DNA from: Pachysolen tannophilus NRRL Y-2460
Taxonomy: Eukaryota
Direction of reading: 5' to 3'
DNA length: 64,000 bases
NCBI GenBank assembly: GCA_001661245.1
Contig: KV454017.1
Coordinates: 651,903-715,902, forward strand
Both the position numbers and the translations under genes were made by a program. The notes beneath the pieces are model-generated. The model did not search any database. It had not been told where the DNA came from and saw nothing but the letters and a program-made list of their open reading frames with translations. Shown piece by piece: positions 32,988 to 43,382 of this stretch (positions are counted from its first letter, which is position 1; each line of letters begins with the position of its first letter).

Positions 32988-35342
32988 TCAACAACAACTA
33001 AAAAAATTTGAAAAGTCATTAAAGAATTGGGTAAAAAAATTTCCTTCGTTGTCGGAATCACGATTTCCTTGTCCCTGTTGTAATTTAGCGTTTTCATTTA
33101 ATTCCAGTTCTGGATCAAATACAGTTGCTTCAGTTGTCCTAGCACTTGAAGAATTATTATTTTGATTTGGAGAATTATTACCTTTCTTTATTTGAATGTT
33201 TTTTGCTAAAAGCTGTCTTCTACTTTGATCAAATAGAGCGCTATCACTATTGGCCCTCTTAGTACTACTTCCTTCATTGACTTCTTGAAATAAAGATAAA
33301 TTACCATTTACTCTAGTCATCCAGTAACCTGTAGTTTGAACAGTTTCGTTTTTAGCATCTTCTTCTTCTTTTGTTATATCAACATAATTATTATTGTTGC
33401 TGTTGTTGTTGTTGTTGTTGTTTTTATCGCTACCATTGATAATGTTATTATTGTTATTAACGACAGTAATAGGATTTTCTTTTTTCTGCGGTTGTTCGTT
33501 AATCACATAGGAATTAGAAGTATTCGGACATAAATGATTTCCTGAAAGTCCTTGTAAAAGTTCTGATGTCTTTAAAGAATTATCATTAGCTACTGACTTA
33601 TAAGAATCAGTAGTTGTTGTTCCTGCATCCGGTGATTTCTTTGTTCTTACAACATTTTCATCATCATAAGTATCAGAAATATAGATTTTATCGTTAACCA
33701 GTTTTATAGTAGAAGCATCTGAGCGTAATGTAGATAATGCTTCTTTGAAATGTACATCTGCTCCTGTATAACTTTCGCTCACTGATTCAGGAAATTTCTT
33801 GATACTATTATTTTTTATGATGTCGTTAATGTTGTTGTGTCTTCTAAAGCTACTAACATTTGTTGATATGGAACCAACTTGAGTGTTTTCAGATTGTGCC
33901 GATGACGTTTCTCTGTCTTGCAAATGCTGCATTTTTCCTGAATTTGCAACGGTATTATGTAGCTCGAAATTGTTGTTCCTACGATTTAAATCTTCAACAT
34001 CACTTTTCAGGCCACTTAGAGGATCCAGTGGCTGTTGCTGCTGTTGTTGTTGTTGTTGTTGTTGTTGATGATGATGATGATGATGTTGAGGTTGATGTGG
34101 TTGATGAGGTTGATATGGATGTTGCTGTCCAGATGTTCTCCTATAGTTGTTATTGTTATTATTATAGTTATTGAAGACTCGCCCGTCATTCTGTGGAGGA
34201 AATGGATACGGTGGATAATTATGGGTAGCTGCTGGTCTAGACATATCATGTGAGGTTGGTGGCAGACTATCGAATTTTTTCATTTGAAAAGGATGTCTAC
34301 CATTCAATGTTTCTTCATTGTTTGTAGAAGAAGGTGCTGGTCTCCATCTTACTAATCGATCTTCCATATTTTCAATGAAAAAATTACTAGGTGGTAAAAA
34401 TCTTGAATTTTGAACTCGAAGAACTTGATTTCTAACAGAACTATTTGGATTTTTAGCTAATGCAATTTCACGTTCTGAAGGTGGGAAAGGAGGTGCATGA
34501 TAAGATCCTGGTTCCAAGATATCATTATTTCCAAATTTCAATAATTTTAGAAACTCCTCTTCTTCAAGTTGTTGTTGTGTTTTCAGATTTGTTTCTATTC
34601 CTAATCCACCATTTTGAAGTTGTGTCTTTGGTTTAGCCAATATAGTTGAATCAGAAACCACTGTAGCTGCAGTTCTATCACCTTCATGAATATGAGATGA
34701 ATGAGTTTGATTAAGTTCATTTGTAAGCTTACTCTCATTCCTACTCTTATTTTTATTTTCATAATTTAAATTCAAATTATTTTGTGAACCTTTTTCCCAA
34801 CTTGGAGTACTATAAATTGAGTTTGATTCTAATTCAACCATTTCTTGATTATCATTTCTTTGGTTAGGGACATCATTTTGAATACTGTTGTTACTTATAG
34901 AAAAAAAATCACTAGAACCTTCTGCTGAACTAGGAGATGTTGAACTGTTTTGTAACAACTGTGGATTAATAAAATTATAATCCGAAGGTGTATCATTAAT
35001 CAACATCAGATGTGTACCATTATCATCAATGTTTCTCTTGGATAAAGTATTACCAATATTATTTTCTCTTTTCCCAGCAAGAGTACCATTTTTACCACTG
35101 ACTGCAATGGGCATAACAATAGTACTATCAAAATTATCATTATTACCATTCTGCATGGAAAGGTTTAAATCTAATGGAGAAATAATACAATCATTAAAAA
35201 TCTCTCCCGTTTGTTCAAATGTAGGTGCCGGTGGTGGCAAGTTATTTTCTCTACTAGCAGTAGACCCACTTCTTTGAGTAATAGTAGCCATCCTTGGAAT
35301 TCTACTCGATCTATCTTCATCAGTGTTGCTACTCATAATCAT
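32988..35342 (-). CDS. Uncharacterised 784-aa N/Q-rich protein ending FFSCC (position of S. cerevisiae YDL186W)
   Basis: Long intact ORF, low complexity, Phe-rich amphipathic C-terminus with terminal CC; between VMA1 and the PP2A catalytic gene. Confidence 0.75.
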   Translation of the reverse strand: MIMSSNTDEDRSSRIPRMATITQRSGSTASRENNLPPPAPTFEQTGEIFNDCIISPLDLNLSMQNGNNDNFDSTIVMPIAVSGKNGTLAGKRENNIGNTLSKRNIDDNGTHLMLINDTPSDYNFINPQLLQNSSTSPSSAEGSSDFFSISNNSIQNDVPNQRNDNQEMVELESNSIYSTPSWEKGSQNNLNLNYENKNKSRNESKLTNELNQTHSSHIHEGDRTAATVVSDSTILAKPKTQLQNGGLGIETNLKTQQQLEEEEFLKLLKFGNNDILEPGSYHAPPFPPSEREIALAKNPNSSVRNQVLRVQNSRFLPPSNFFIENMEDRLVRWRPAPSSTNNEETLNGRHPFQMKKFDSLPPTSHDMSRPAATHNYPPYPFPPQNDGRVFNNYNNNNNNYRRTSGQQHPYQPHQPHQPQHHHHHHQQQQQQQQQQQQPLDPLSGLKSDVEDLNRRNNNFELHNTVANSGKMQHLQDRETSSAQSENTQVGSISTNVSSFRRHNNINDIIKNNSIKKFPESVSESYTGADVHFKEALSTLRSDASTIKLVNDKIYISDTYDDENVVRTKKSPDAGTTTTDSYKSVANDNSLKTSELLQGLSGNHLCPNTSNSYVINEQPQKKENPITVVNNNNNIINGSDKNNNNNNNSNNNNYVDITKEEEDAKNETVQTTGYWMTRVNGNLSLFQEVNEGSSTKRANSDSALFDQSRRQLLAKNIQIKKGNNSPNQNNNSSSARTTEATVFDPELELNENAKLQQGQGNRDSDNEGNFFTQFFNDFSNFFSCC

Positions 35343-36058
35343 AAAAAAATATTTTTTTTCATGTATTCAAGCACAGAAATAATCGAAAAAAAAAAAAAAC
35401 ATCCATTCCTACAAAAGAAACAAAAAGAAACAAAAAAAAAAAAAAGGTAACACTTGTAGCACATCAACCATTACTTGCTCCACTATACATCATAAAACCC
35501 TACTAGCAAACAGATACTGAAGATTCAATTCAAAACTCCAAATCAAATTGGACTGACCACAAAAACCAGAAAATAAAAAAAAAAAAAAAAAACCAAATCC
35601 AGAACTGTTGCATATATAGATGCATTATCCTGCATACAAAATGTCATCCTTATACATAAACTTACATGTGCTTATATAGTAGTGTGCGTTAAACACAATT
35701 CCCGAATTAGGAAATTTGGGAATCAGAAAAAAAAAATTAAAAAAAAAATTTAAAAAAAAAAAAAAATCTGAGAGAAAATCAACACAGGAGAAATTAAACA
35801 AGTTTTAAGGTGTAATCTGTCATAAAAGGTTTACATACTAGAAGTAAATGGCGTTTTATTAATAAAGATTTAAGAATTGAATTAATCGAATTAATTGAAT
35901 TCTAAAGCATCTATCATTATATTGATATATTGAAGATTAATTGGAATCATTTAAAGGCTTGAATAATTAACTTAATTTTTTTTTTTTTTTAATATTTTTT
36001 AATATTTTTGCTTTTGGTTATTCATCAATTGGGTTAAGAATTCCATTAATAGTTGAAA

Positions 36059-36782
36059 NNNNNNNNNNNNNNNNNNNNNNNNNNNNNNNNNNNNNNNNNN
36101 NNNNNNNNNNNNNNNNNNNNNNNNNNNNNNNNNNNNNNNNNNNNNNNNNNNNNNNNNNNNNNNNNNNNNNNNNNNNNNNNNNNNNNNNNNNNNNNNNNNN
36201 NNNNNNNNNNNNNNNNNNNNNNNNNNNNNNNNNNNNNNNNNNNNNNNNNNNNNNNNNNNNNNNNNNNNNNNNNNNNNNNNNNNNNNNNNNNNNNNNNNNN
36301 NNNNNNNNNNNNNNNNNNNNNNNNNNNNNNNNNNNNNNNNNNNNNNNNNNNNNNNNNNNNNNNNNNNNNNNNNNNNNNNNNNNNNNNNNNNNNNNNNNNN
36401 NNNNNNNNNNNNNNNNNNNNNNNNNNNNNNNNNNNNNNNNNNNNNNNNNNNNNNNNNNNNNNNNNNNNNNNNNNNNNNNNNNNNNNNNNNNNNNNNNNNN
36501 NNNNNNNNNNNNNNNNNNNNNNNNNNNNNNNNNNNNNNNNNNNNNNNNNNNNNNNNNNNNNNNNNNNNNNNNNNNNNNNNNNNNNNNNNNNNNNNNNNNN
36601 NNNNNNNNNNNNNNNNNNNNNNNNNNNNNNNNNNNNNNNNNNNNNNNNNNNNNNNNNNNNNNNNNNNNNNNNNNNNNNNNNNNNNNNNNNNNNNNNNNNN
36701 NNNNNNNNNNNNNNNNNNNNNNNNNNNNNNNNNNNNNNNNNNNNNNNNNNNNNNNNNNNNNNNNNNNNNNNNNNNNNNNNNN
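36059..36782. other. Assembly gap hiding the 5' part of the PP2A catalytic gene
   Basis: 724 N; PP2A coding sequence begins immediately after it. Confidence 0.95.
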
Positions 36783-37073
36783 AGAGGTGCAGGTTTTACC
36801 TTTGGTCAAGATATTAGTGAACAGTTTAACCACTTTAATGATTTACAATTAATTGCAAGAGCACATCAATTGGTGATGGAAGGTTATTCCTGGTCTCATC
36901 AAGAGCAAGTTGTCACGATATTTAGTGCTCCTAATTATTGTTATAGATGCGGAAATCAAGCTGCAATTATGGAAGTTAATGAAAATTTGGATAGAGAGTT
37001 TTTAACTTATGATCCAAGTGTTAGACCAGGAGAACCAACAGTTACAAGGAAAACACCAGATTATTTCTTGTGA
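36783..37073 (+). CDS. PPH21: PP2A catalytic subunit, 3' fragment (5' part in gap)
   Basis: [17 protein letters not shown]...[10 protein letters not shown]...[14 protein letters not shown]...TPDYFL* (PP2A-specific tail). Confidence 0.93.
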   Translation, partial: RGAGFTFGQDISEQFNHFNDLQLIARAHQLVMEGYSWSHQEQVVTIFSAPNYCYRCGNQAAIMEVNENLDREFLTYDPSVRPGEPTVTRKTPDYFL

Positions 37074-37131
37074 TGTGTTTTAATTTTTTGCTTTTTCAAC
37101 TTCATTTTCTTTTTATTAACTCTTTTATTTT

Positions 37132-37164
<33 letters not shown>

Positions 37165-37409
37165 TATTATTATTATAAGTCACGAGGTTATTAGCTTGCT
37201 TTTCTTTGTACCCTTCCTTTCCTTCATATTTTTTATCTTTAAAAAAATTATCACTCAAGTATTTTTGAAATTCATTGTTTATTAGTTCTTTTTTATTATT
37301 ATTTTAATTATCTGTTAGTGTCTTTATAATGGTAATATATTTTAAACATACTTATTGAACATTTTTATTATATAATAATTAATGATTCTATACTACATAT
37401 TTTCAGTTC

Positions 37410-37970
37410 TCACAATTTTGCACCCAATTTAGCAGCTCTATCTAATGCAATATCACACATTGCATTGAATGCTTCAATTTTTTCCAATTCTATATCATTC
37501 CTTTTTATTCTCATTATCATATTTTCAATTATAATATCTCTCGATCTACCATTTACAAAAACAACATATCTTAATCCTGGAAATGTTTTTTCATACAAAT
37601 CATTCATTTCCAGCAATCTTTTGGCATCTTCAGGTGATGAACTCAAGTTTTTCTGCTCCGATGATGAATGAGAAGATAATTTTGAATTTGGGGTTTTTTG
37701 AGGTCCCAAACGAGGATGCGCAGAAATTATCTTGTTTATCCGGTCAATGCTACTTGATTGATCTTTCAGCAGAAGCAACGATAATAAATATGATCTCACT
37801 GTTTCAATTAATTCTTTATAATTGTTAAACTTGGAATATTTGGACAACTCTGGGATAAGTAATGACGTCAAAGTTGGGCAAGGCTCAAACAAGTGATTCA
37901 ATAACTCTATTTGTTCGTCAGTTGTTAGCAGATAAAATGTTGAAATATTTGGCAAAGAATAAGCTGACAT
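37410..37970 (-). CDS. OHCU decarboxylase (urate catabolism), peroxisomal
   Basis: HLFEPC, IISAHPRLG, SSSEQ, YEKTFPGLRYVVFVNGR, AMCDIALDRA; PTS1 AKL*; first ATG 37970. Confidence 0.9.
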   Translation of the reverse strand: MSAYSLPNISTFYLLTTDEQIELLNHLFEPCPTLTSLLIPELSKYSKFNNYKELIETVRSYLLSLLLLKDQSSSIDRINKIISAHPRLGPQKTPNSKLSSHSSSEQKNLSSSPEDAKRLLEMNDLYEKTFPGLRYVVFVNGRSRDIIIENMIMRIKRNDIELEKIEAFNAMCDIALDRAAKLGAKL

Positions 37971-38187
37971 CTTCACTCTTTGTTGAGTAATATTGAATTT
38001 GTCTTACTTCAAGTAAAAATAAAATGTAGATAAAGACAATATTCGATAACTAATGAATATAGATACAGCTTGACTTATCAAATCTTGAATGAACGGTTAA
38101 ATGATTCATCAATTTCTTATCGATCGTATCTGGAAAAGTGAAAAAAAAAAAAACATAAAAAGCAAGGAAGAAAAAAATTAAATAAAG

Positions 38188-38259
38188 CTCCGCGACGGGG
38201 AATTGAACCCCGGTCTACCACGCGACAAGCGGTAATTCTAGCCACTAAACTATCACGGA
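38188..38259 (-). tRNA. tRNA-Asp(GTC), intronless, 72 nt
   Basis: Minus strand TCCGTGATAGTTTAGTGGCTAGAATTACCGCTTGTCGCGTGGTAGACCGGGGTTCAATTCCCCGTCGCGGAG; anticodon at 38224-38226; T-run terminator at 38171-38177. Confidence 0.97.
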
Positions 38260-38408
38260 TTGCTTCAGATATTGGAAATTGATGTTAAAATCAATATAGC
38301 AAACCAAGTTTTTTATAAAGTATCTTCTAATCTACATAGTATTAAAATATAGAAATAATAGCAAGTTTGTGTTTTTAGCAACAGCGGAAAAAAGATTAGA
38401 TTTTTTTT

Positions 38409-40505
38409 TTAAATACGTAAAGAATTTTTACTAACACTAATCTTTCTCAATTTCCTCTTACCAATTTCTATTTCTTCACCATCAGATGTATCACCAACGG
38501 AATCATTATTGGGGAATGGTCCAATAGGTCTTTTTCTTCTTATATTGGTTCTCACTGGCTGAGAATCCTGATATTGCAGCTCTGCATCTATATTCAATTT
38601 TTTAAGAGAATCTTGAATTCCAAGCTCATTGTTTAAATCTGGGTTCGGATCTTGGGATTTACAAAGAGGTGAATTTTTGGCAAATTGTGATGATTCGACA
38701 ATTGGGTCATGTTCGTTCTCTGAAAGGCTACTTGTATTGTCCGGTCTCTGAGCGCACATGATTTCATCATGATCGCTTGAGTCTATTTGATCATCGTCAC
38801 TAGTAATGACACCTTCTTTGCAAAAAAAATTTAAAGTTTCATTGAAATAGTAATTTTTCCTATCTTCCACTGTTTTTTTATACTCAAAACAAGATTTTGA
38901 TCTGACAGCCAAAGGAGTAAATGTAAAACTATATTTTCCCATTGGTAAAGGTTCAAACCCAACATATACTCCATTCATGTCAATATTAATAAAATCCGAT
39001 CCTTTTATGAATTTTGAATTATTTGTTGAAGAACTAGATTTGGAATACTTTGCTTTCTTAATGGGTTCCGATTCAATAATTAAAATTTCATCATTAAACA
39101 ATATAGTTAATGCCTTAAAAACACTTTCCAAAAATATAATATTTGTTAAATCTGTATATCCCAATGATTCAAGTAATGAGCTAAGAGATTCTGGAATATC
39201 CCATTTCATAATTAATCTATATATCTTTCTAACATTCATTAAAATTGGAAGTTCGTCTAATAAGTTGTCTCTGTTTTTATGACATCTACAAGTGAAACAT
39301 TTGAAAAATTCAGGAACATTTTTCAAAGTCAAATCATAGCCATAACAGGACAGATGAACATTTTTATGACATGCTGAGCATTGTAATTTTTTTGATTCAA
39401 TTGAAATTATTGGTTTTTTTGAACCGCATTCACAGTTATAACCTTCAATTGATTTTTCAAATTTAGATGTTACTGATTCTCGAGAGAATTTTTCAGGTTG
39501 TTCTGTTAACAGTTGTGTAGATTTAAAATCGTTGTTGTTCATTTCTGAGGAACCATTAGGATTAAGAAAATTTTTCAATTCTTTTGTAGTTTGACTTTGA
39601 GTATTTTCAAGTGGTTGAGATGAATTTTTTTTCTTATTTAAGATAGCCAATCCTCTTTTAAAAGCAGTTCCCTTTCTTGAAAAAATTTGAATCAGTGGGT
39701 TCTCATTTTCAATTAAATCAAATGGATCAACTTTGATAATCTTTTGACGATTATGATTAGCCTTATCATAATTCTGGCTGTTAATGATTTTCACGCCAAC
39801 TTTATGATGAAAAGTATTAATTTCACCTGCAGAACTAGTTTCTAATAATGCTAATGAATCAACATTTAATGTAGCAGGTCTTTCAAAAGAAGCATCTCTG
39901 AAAATTGAAGAAGGTTGATAATCTTTTGGGCAATTATCATTAAATAATAACCTAATTGAAATATTTCTATTACTTGGTAATGACGGTAAAGTTTGTGTAA
40001 TAATGATGAGCCTCCTCATCAATTGTTCTACTGCTTTTCTTGAATCTAAAAGTGAAAGTGAACAATCGAGTAATTTACTTGAACAATCATCATTTGATAC
40101 ATGCATGGTAACATCGTCATCATCACCATAATCAAATGAAAACGTATACGTCTCTAACAAATCATTTGGATTCTCTGGATCTGTAAACACAGATAAATAA
40201 AAAGCTTTTAAATATTTTTCCTGAATTGCAGGAAATATTCCATTCTCCAACCATTTGAATATTGTATCAACTTCTCTTGATTTACCCTTGATCAAAGTCT
40301 TAATTCTTATCGAGTGCCGTGAATTACCATCATTCTTATTAGCAACAAACCTCTGATCTTTAAAACAATCATCATCAAACAAACCACGCAAATAAGCAAC
40401 ACAACCAAATGACATTGTCAACATTGTCTGAACTAGTCTCTGACTTTGCTCATTTGTAACATTAGTCCTTGTATCATTACGAACTAATACTTGTTGTACA
40501 GACAT
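38409..40505 (-). CDS. HOP1: Meiotic HORMA-domain axis protein Hop1
   Basis: HORMA EQSQRLVQTMLTMSFGCVAYLRGLFDDDCF, PHD finger CECG...CSAC...HxSCYG...CFTC, closure motif RKISVSK. Confidence 0.93.
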   Translation of the reverse strand: MSVQQVLVRNDTRTNVTNEQSQRLVQTMLTMSFGCVAYLRGLFDDDCFKDQRFVANKNDGNSRHSIRIKTLIKGKSREVDTIFKWLENGIFPAIQEKYLKAFYLSVFTDPENPNDLLETYTFSFDYGDDDDVTMHVSNDDCSSKLLDCSLSLLDSRKAVEQLMRRLIIITQTLPSLPSNRNISIRLLFNDNCPKDYQPSSIFRDASFERPATLNVDSLALLETSSAGEINTFHHKVGVKIINSQNYDKANHNRQKIIKVDPFDLIENENPLIQIFSRKGTAFKRGLAILNKKKNSSQPLENTQSQTTKELKNFLNPNGSSEMNNNDFKSTQLLTEQPEKFSRESVTSKFEKSIEGYNCECGSKKPIISIESKKLQCSACHKNVHLSCYGYDLTLKNVPEFFKCFTCRCHKNRDNLLDELPILMNVRKIYRLIMKWDIPESLSSLLESLGYTDLTNIIFLESVFKALTILFNDEILIIESEPIKKAKYSKSSSSTNNSKFIKGSDFINIDMNGVYVGFEPLPMGKYSFTFTPLAVRSKSCFEYKKTVEDRKNYYFNETLNFFCKEGVITSDDDQIDSSDHDEIMCAQRPDNTSSLSENEHDPIVESSQFAKNSPLCKSQDPNPDLNNELGIQDSLKKLNIDAELQYQDSQPVRTNIRRKRPIGPFPNNDSVGDTSDGEEIEIGKRKLRKISVSKNSLRI

Positions 40506-41116
40506 ATTATTAATAATTTTTTAGCAATATTATAAATCAACTTGAGCTCAACATCATACTGGGAAACTCCTCCAATTTATAAACAAAGCAAAAAACAACA
40601 CTTTTTTTTTTTGTTTTGTTTTTTTGTTTTGCTTCAAAAATACAACATTCTCAATGTTGTATGCCTGTAAGAAGTAAGTGAATCAACGCAGTCACGTTAA
40701 GCGCTGTAGGACTAATTATAGATCGTATTATATAAATATAACCCTTTTTCCATAATCATCTCAATCAAATAATGATAACTAAAAACATAATCGGTTGTAT
40801 GTTTTTTGAATATTGAATATTGGATGAAACTATTAATTTAAATTTATTAGGCTGCAAATCTTTTTGCTAATTTTCTTTTATTATTATTATTATTATTTTT
40901 TATTTTTTTTTTTTTTTTTATTTTTTTATTTTTTTATTCATTTAACTAATCTTAGCATAATTAAATAATAGTGAGGAATTATAATCAATCAATTCAAATT
41001 AAAAATAAGATAATCAAAGAGTGGATAAGCTCAACTAGACTGCAGGAGAATTCATAAAAGCGACCAAAAGGAAAGCGTGAGTGAGGTGCCATAGGGACTC
41101 ATAGCAAAAGTCAAAG

Positions 41117-42052
41117 ATGTCATCATCACCTGTCGTTCAAGAGGTGGTTGATAATACGGACATTTCTACTATCACTAGTGAGAACTTCAACGAGGGTTCT
41201 GAGAATGCTACAGCTAACAGCTCGTCCAAATCTTTGCAACATTTTGTGTCACTTAACAGCACTGTGCTGCCATCTCCTTTGAGTCTTCAGTTTTTGAATA
41301 ACAGTTTTAGTAATAATAGCAGTAGTAGTAATAATAATAATAATAATAATAGTAATAATAATAATAGTAATAATAATAATAATAATAATAACAGTAACAA
41401 TAGCAACATCAATATCACTTCGTCGACAGCTGCGTCAATTGCTTCATCTGATTTAGATTACCAAAATGAGTGGACAAATTCCTCTTTAACATTACCAATT
41501 TCAAGACCTTTATCAAGATCGTCAACAACTTCTGGAATGTCTGTTACAGCTTTTAAAGATGGAATTGAAGGTAAAAGAATCCACAGAAATGGCATTCCAA
41601 ACTATCCTCATAACTTAATTTTAAACATGTTTGATAATACCAATAATAATAGCAGCAATAGATTGAATGGGTCCTTACCTCGTTCCATTCATAGCAATTA
41701 CCATGATCAAAGTAGTACGGATATAACTTCTAGTTCATTTTTTGAAGATGATAACTCCAACCCAAAATCTCCTTCACATTATACAAATAGTAGCATTGAA
41801 ACGGAAATGAATAATCCACCAAATATTCCTTCTGGTCCTCCAGTTACTTTAAATGAGAAAATGAGATTATTGAAAACGGGAATAGTTCAAAAAGAGCAGT
41901 TGGGAATAATTGAAGGTGTACCATCAGTAGGTCCTGTGGTTTCAGGCAAATCTCTGACAACTGGTATCAATGGTTCTGAAGTAGAGGACGAAGACCTTGA
42001 TACTGAATATACAAAGTTTCAAAAAGAAGCAATTGCTGCTGATAGAGAATGA
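41117..42052 (+). CDS. Conserved uncharacterised protein, YER079W-like
   Basis: STTSGMSVTAFKDGIEGKRIHRNGIPNYPHNLILNM resembles the conserved block of S. cerevisiae YER079W as I recall it; poly-N/S tract. Confidence 0.7.
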   Translation: MSSSPVVQEVVDNTDISTITSENFNEGSENATANSSSKSLQHFVSLNSTVLPSPLSLQFLNNSFSNNSSSSNNNNNNNSNNNNSNNNNNNNNSNNSNINITSSTAASIASSDLDYQNEWTNSSLTLPISRPLSRSSTTSGMSVTAFKDGIEGKRIHRNGIPNYPHNLILNMFDNTNNNSSNRLNGSLPRSIHSNYHDQSSTDITSSSFFEDDNSNPKSPSHYTNSSIETEMNNPPNIPSGPPVTLNEKMRLLKTGIVQKEQLGIIEGVPSVGPVVSGKSLTTGINGSEVEDEDLDTEYTKFQKEAIAADRE

Positions 42053-42308
42053 TTTGTTTTTTTTTTTATTTTTTATTTTTGTTATTTGATGAAGCGCTTA
42101 TGATATGGTTTTGGTTTTGGTTATACGGTTTTCTTAATTTATACTTTTTAATTTTTTTCTTTCAAGTGTTTTAGTTCGTTTTGAGATACGTGTGTTTTTC
42201 AATTTACAGTTAATTAGCTTTTGATCATTGGGGAGGTTTACTATACATAGTTAAATAGGACTATTGAAACCAGCTATAATTTTTTTTTTTTTGAAAAAAA
42301 TATCACGG

Positions 42309-43103
42309 CTAATGTACGTGAACATCCAATTCCTGTAGGCAAGTAGCTTTAAAATAGTTCGCAACTTTCTCATCAACGGCAACTTTTAAAGGTGTCAAAC
42401 CTTCTTTATTTTCCACTGTTGGGTCTGCTCCTAACTTAACTAATAATACTGCCGAATCCCCATTTCCTTCAGCCAAAGCATGATGTAAAGGTGTCCATCC
42501 AGAGTTATCCTTAGCGTTTAAAGGTGATTTCCCGTCTTTACATAATATTTCAATGATCTTATTGCAACCAACAGAAGCAGCTCTATGTAATGGATATTGA
42601 CCTCTTTTATCCTTAACTCTTGCTGATGCATGATGCTGCTTAACTAAAAATTCAACAATATCCAGATATTTCTTAGCTGTTGCTAAATGTAAACCTGTGA
42701 GTCCCATATTTGTTTGTAAATTCACATCAGGTTTTGGATTAGCAGATAATAATAATTTTAAAATTTTAAAATTACCCACTGAACAACAAATATGAAGTGG
42801 AGACCAACCTGCATCATCCAATAAATCATCAATATCAATCTCTCTTACAGTCCGGTTTTTATCAATCAAATCTCCATCATTACCGGATAATTCATCAGCA
42901 TTGATCTTATATGGATTTAATAAAAGTGATACAATTTCTTCATGTTCAGATGAAACTGCCCAATGCAATGGTGACCTCCCATCAAGATCTTTTTTAAAAA
43001 CCAAACTTGGCTTATCTGCTAACAATCCTTTAACTATTAACACATCTCCCTTCTTAGCCGCTTCATGCAATTCAAAGTTCTCTGAACTAGAATTCAAATT
43101 CAT
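42309..43103 (-). CDS. NAS6: Ankyrin-repeat proteasome assembly chaperone Nas6 (gankyrin)
   Basis: Ankyrin repeats DGRSPLHWA, AGWSPLHI, GQYPLHRAASVG, SGWTPLHHALAEG; divergent from PHB2. Confidence 0.93.
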   Translation of the reverse strand: MNLNSSSENFELHEAAKKGDVLIVKGLLADKPSLVFKKDLDGRSPLHWAVSSEHEEIVSLLLNPYKINADELSGNDGDLIDKNRTVREIDIDDLLDDAGWSPLHICCSVGNFKILKLLLSANPKPDVNLQTNMGLTGLHLATAKKYLDIVEFLVKQHHASARVKDKRGQYPLHRAASVGCNKIIEILCKDGKSPLNAKDNSGWTPLHHALAEGNGDSAVLLVKLGADPTVENKEGLTPLKVAVDEKVANYFKATCLQELDVHVH

Positions 43104-43382
43104 CTTTGTAATATAATAAATAATATATAATAATTTGATAAATCATTTTGAAGTCGTGTGTTCATTGCCCGAGTTTTATTTGATTCAAAATTTTTTTTTA
43201 ATTTTTTTATTTCTTTTAAAAGTTTTGCTAAAGTTGCCACTAATTTAAAGCTCAATTAGTTTTCAAAGACAAAAGAAAAAAATTAACAAAAATTAAAAAA
43301 AAAGCATTACTGAATAATTGGTAAAATAAAAATAAAAATAAAATCTTCTTAAAAGAAGAATAATTTGCAAAAAAGGAAGAAA

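Noticed and set aside
33860..34253. Poly-Cys, poly-Val and poly-Leu ORFs
   Set aside because: Antisense frames of the CAA/CAT repeats in the 784-aa ORF
36018..36833. Long X-filled ORFs
   Set aside because: Artefacts of the N-gap
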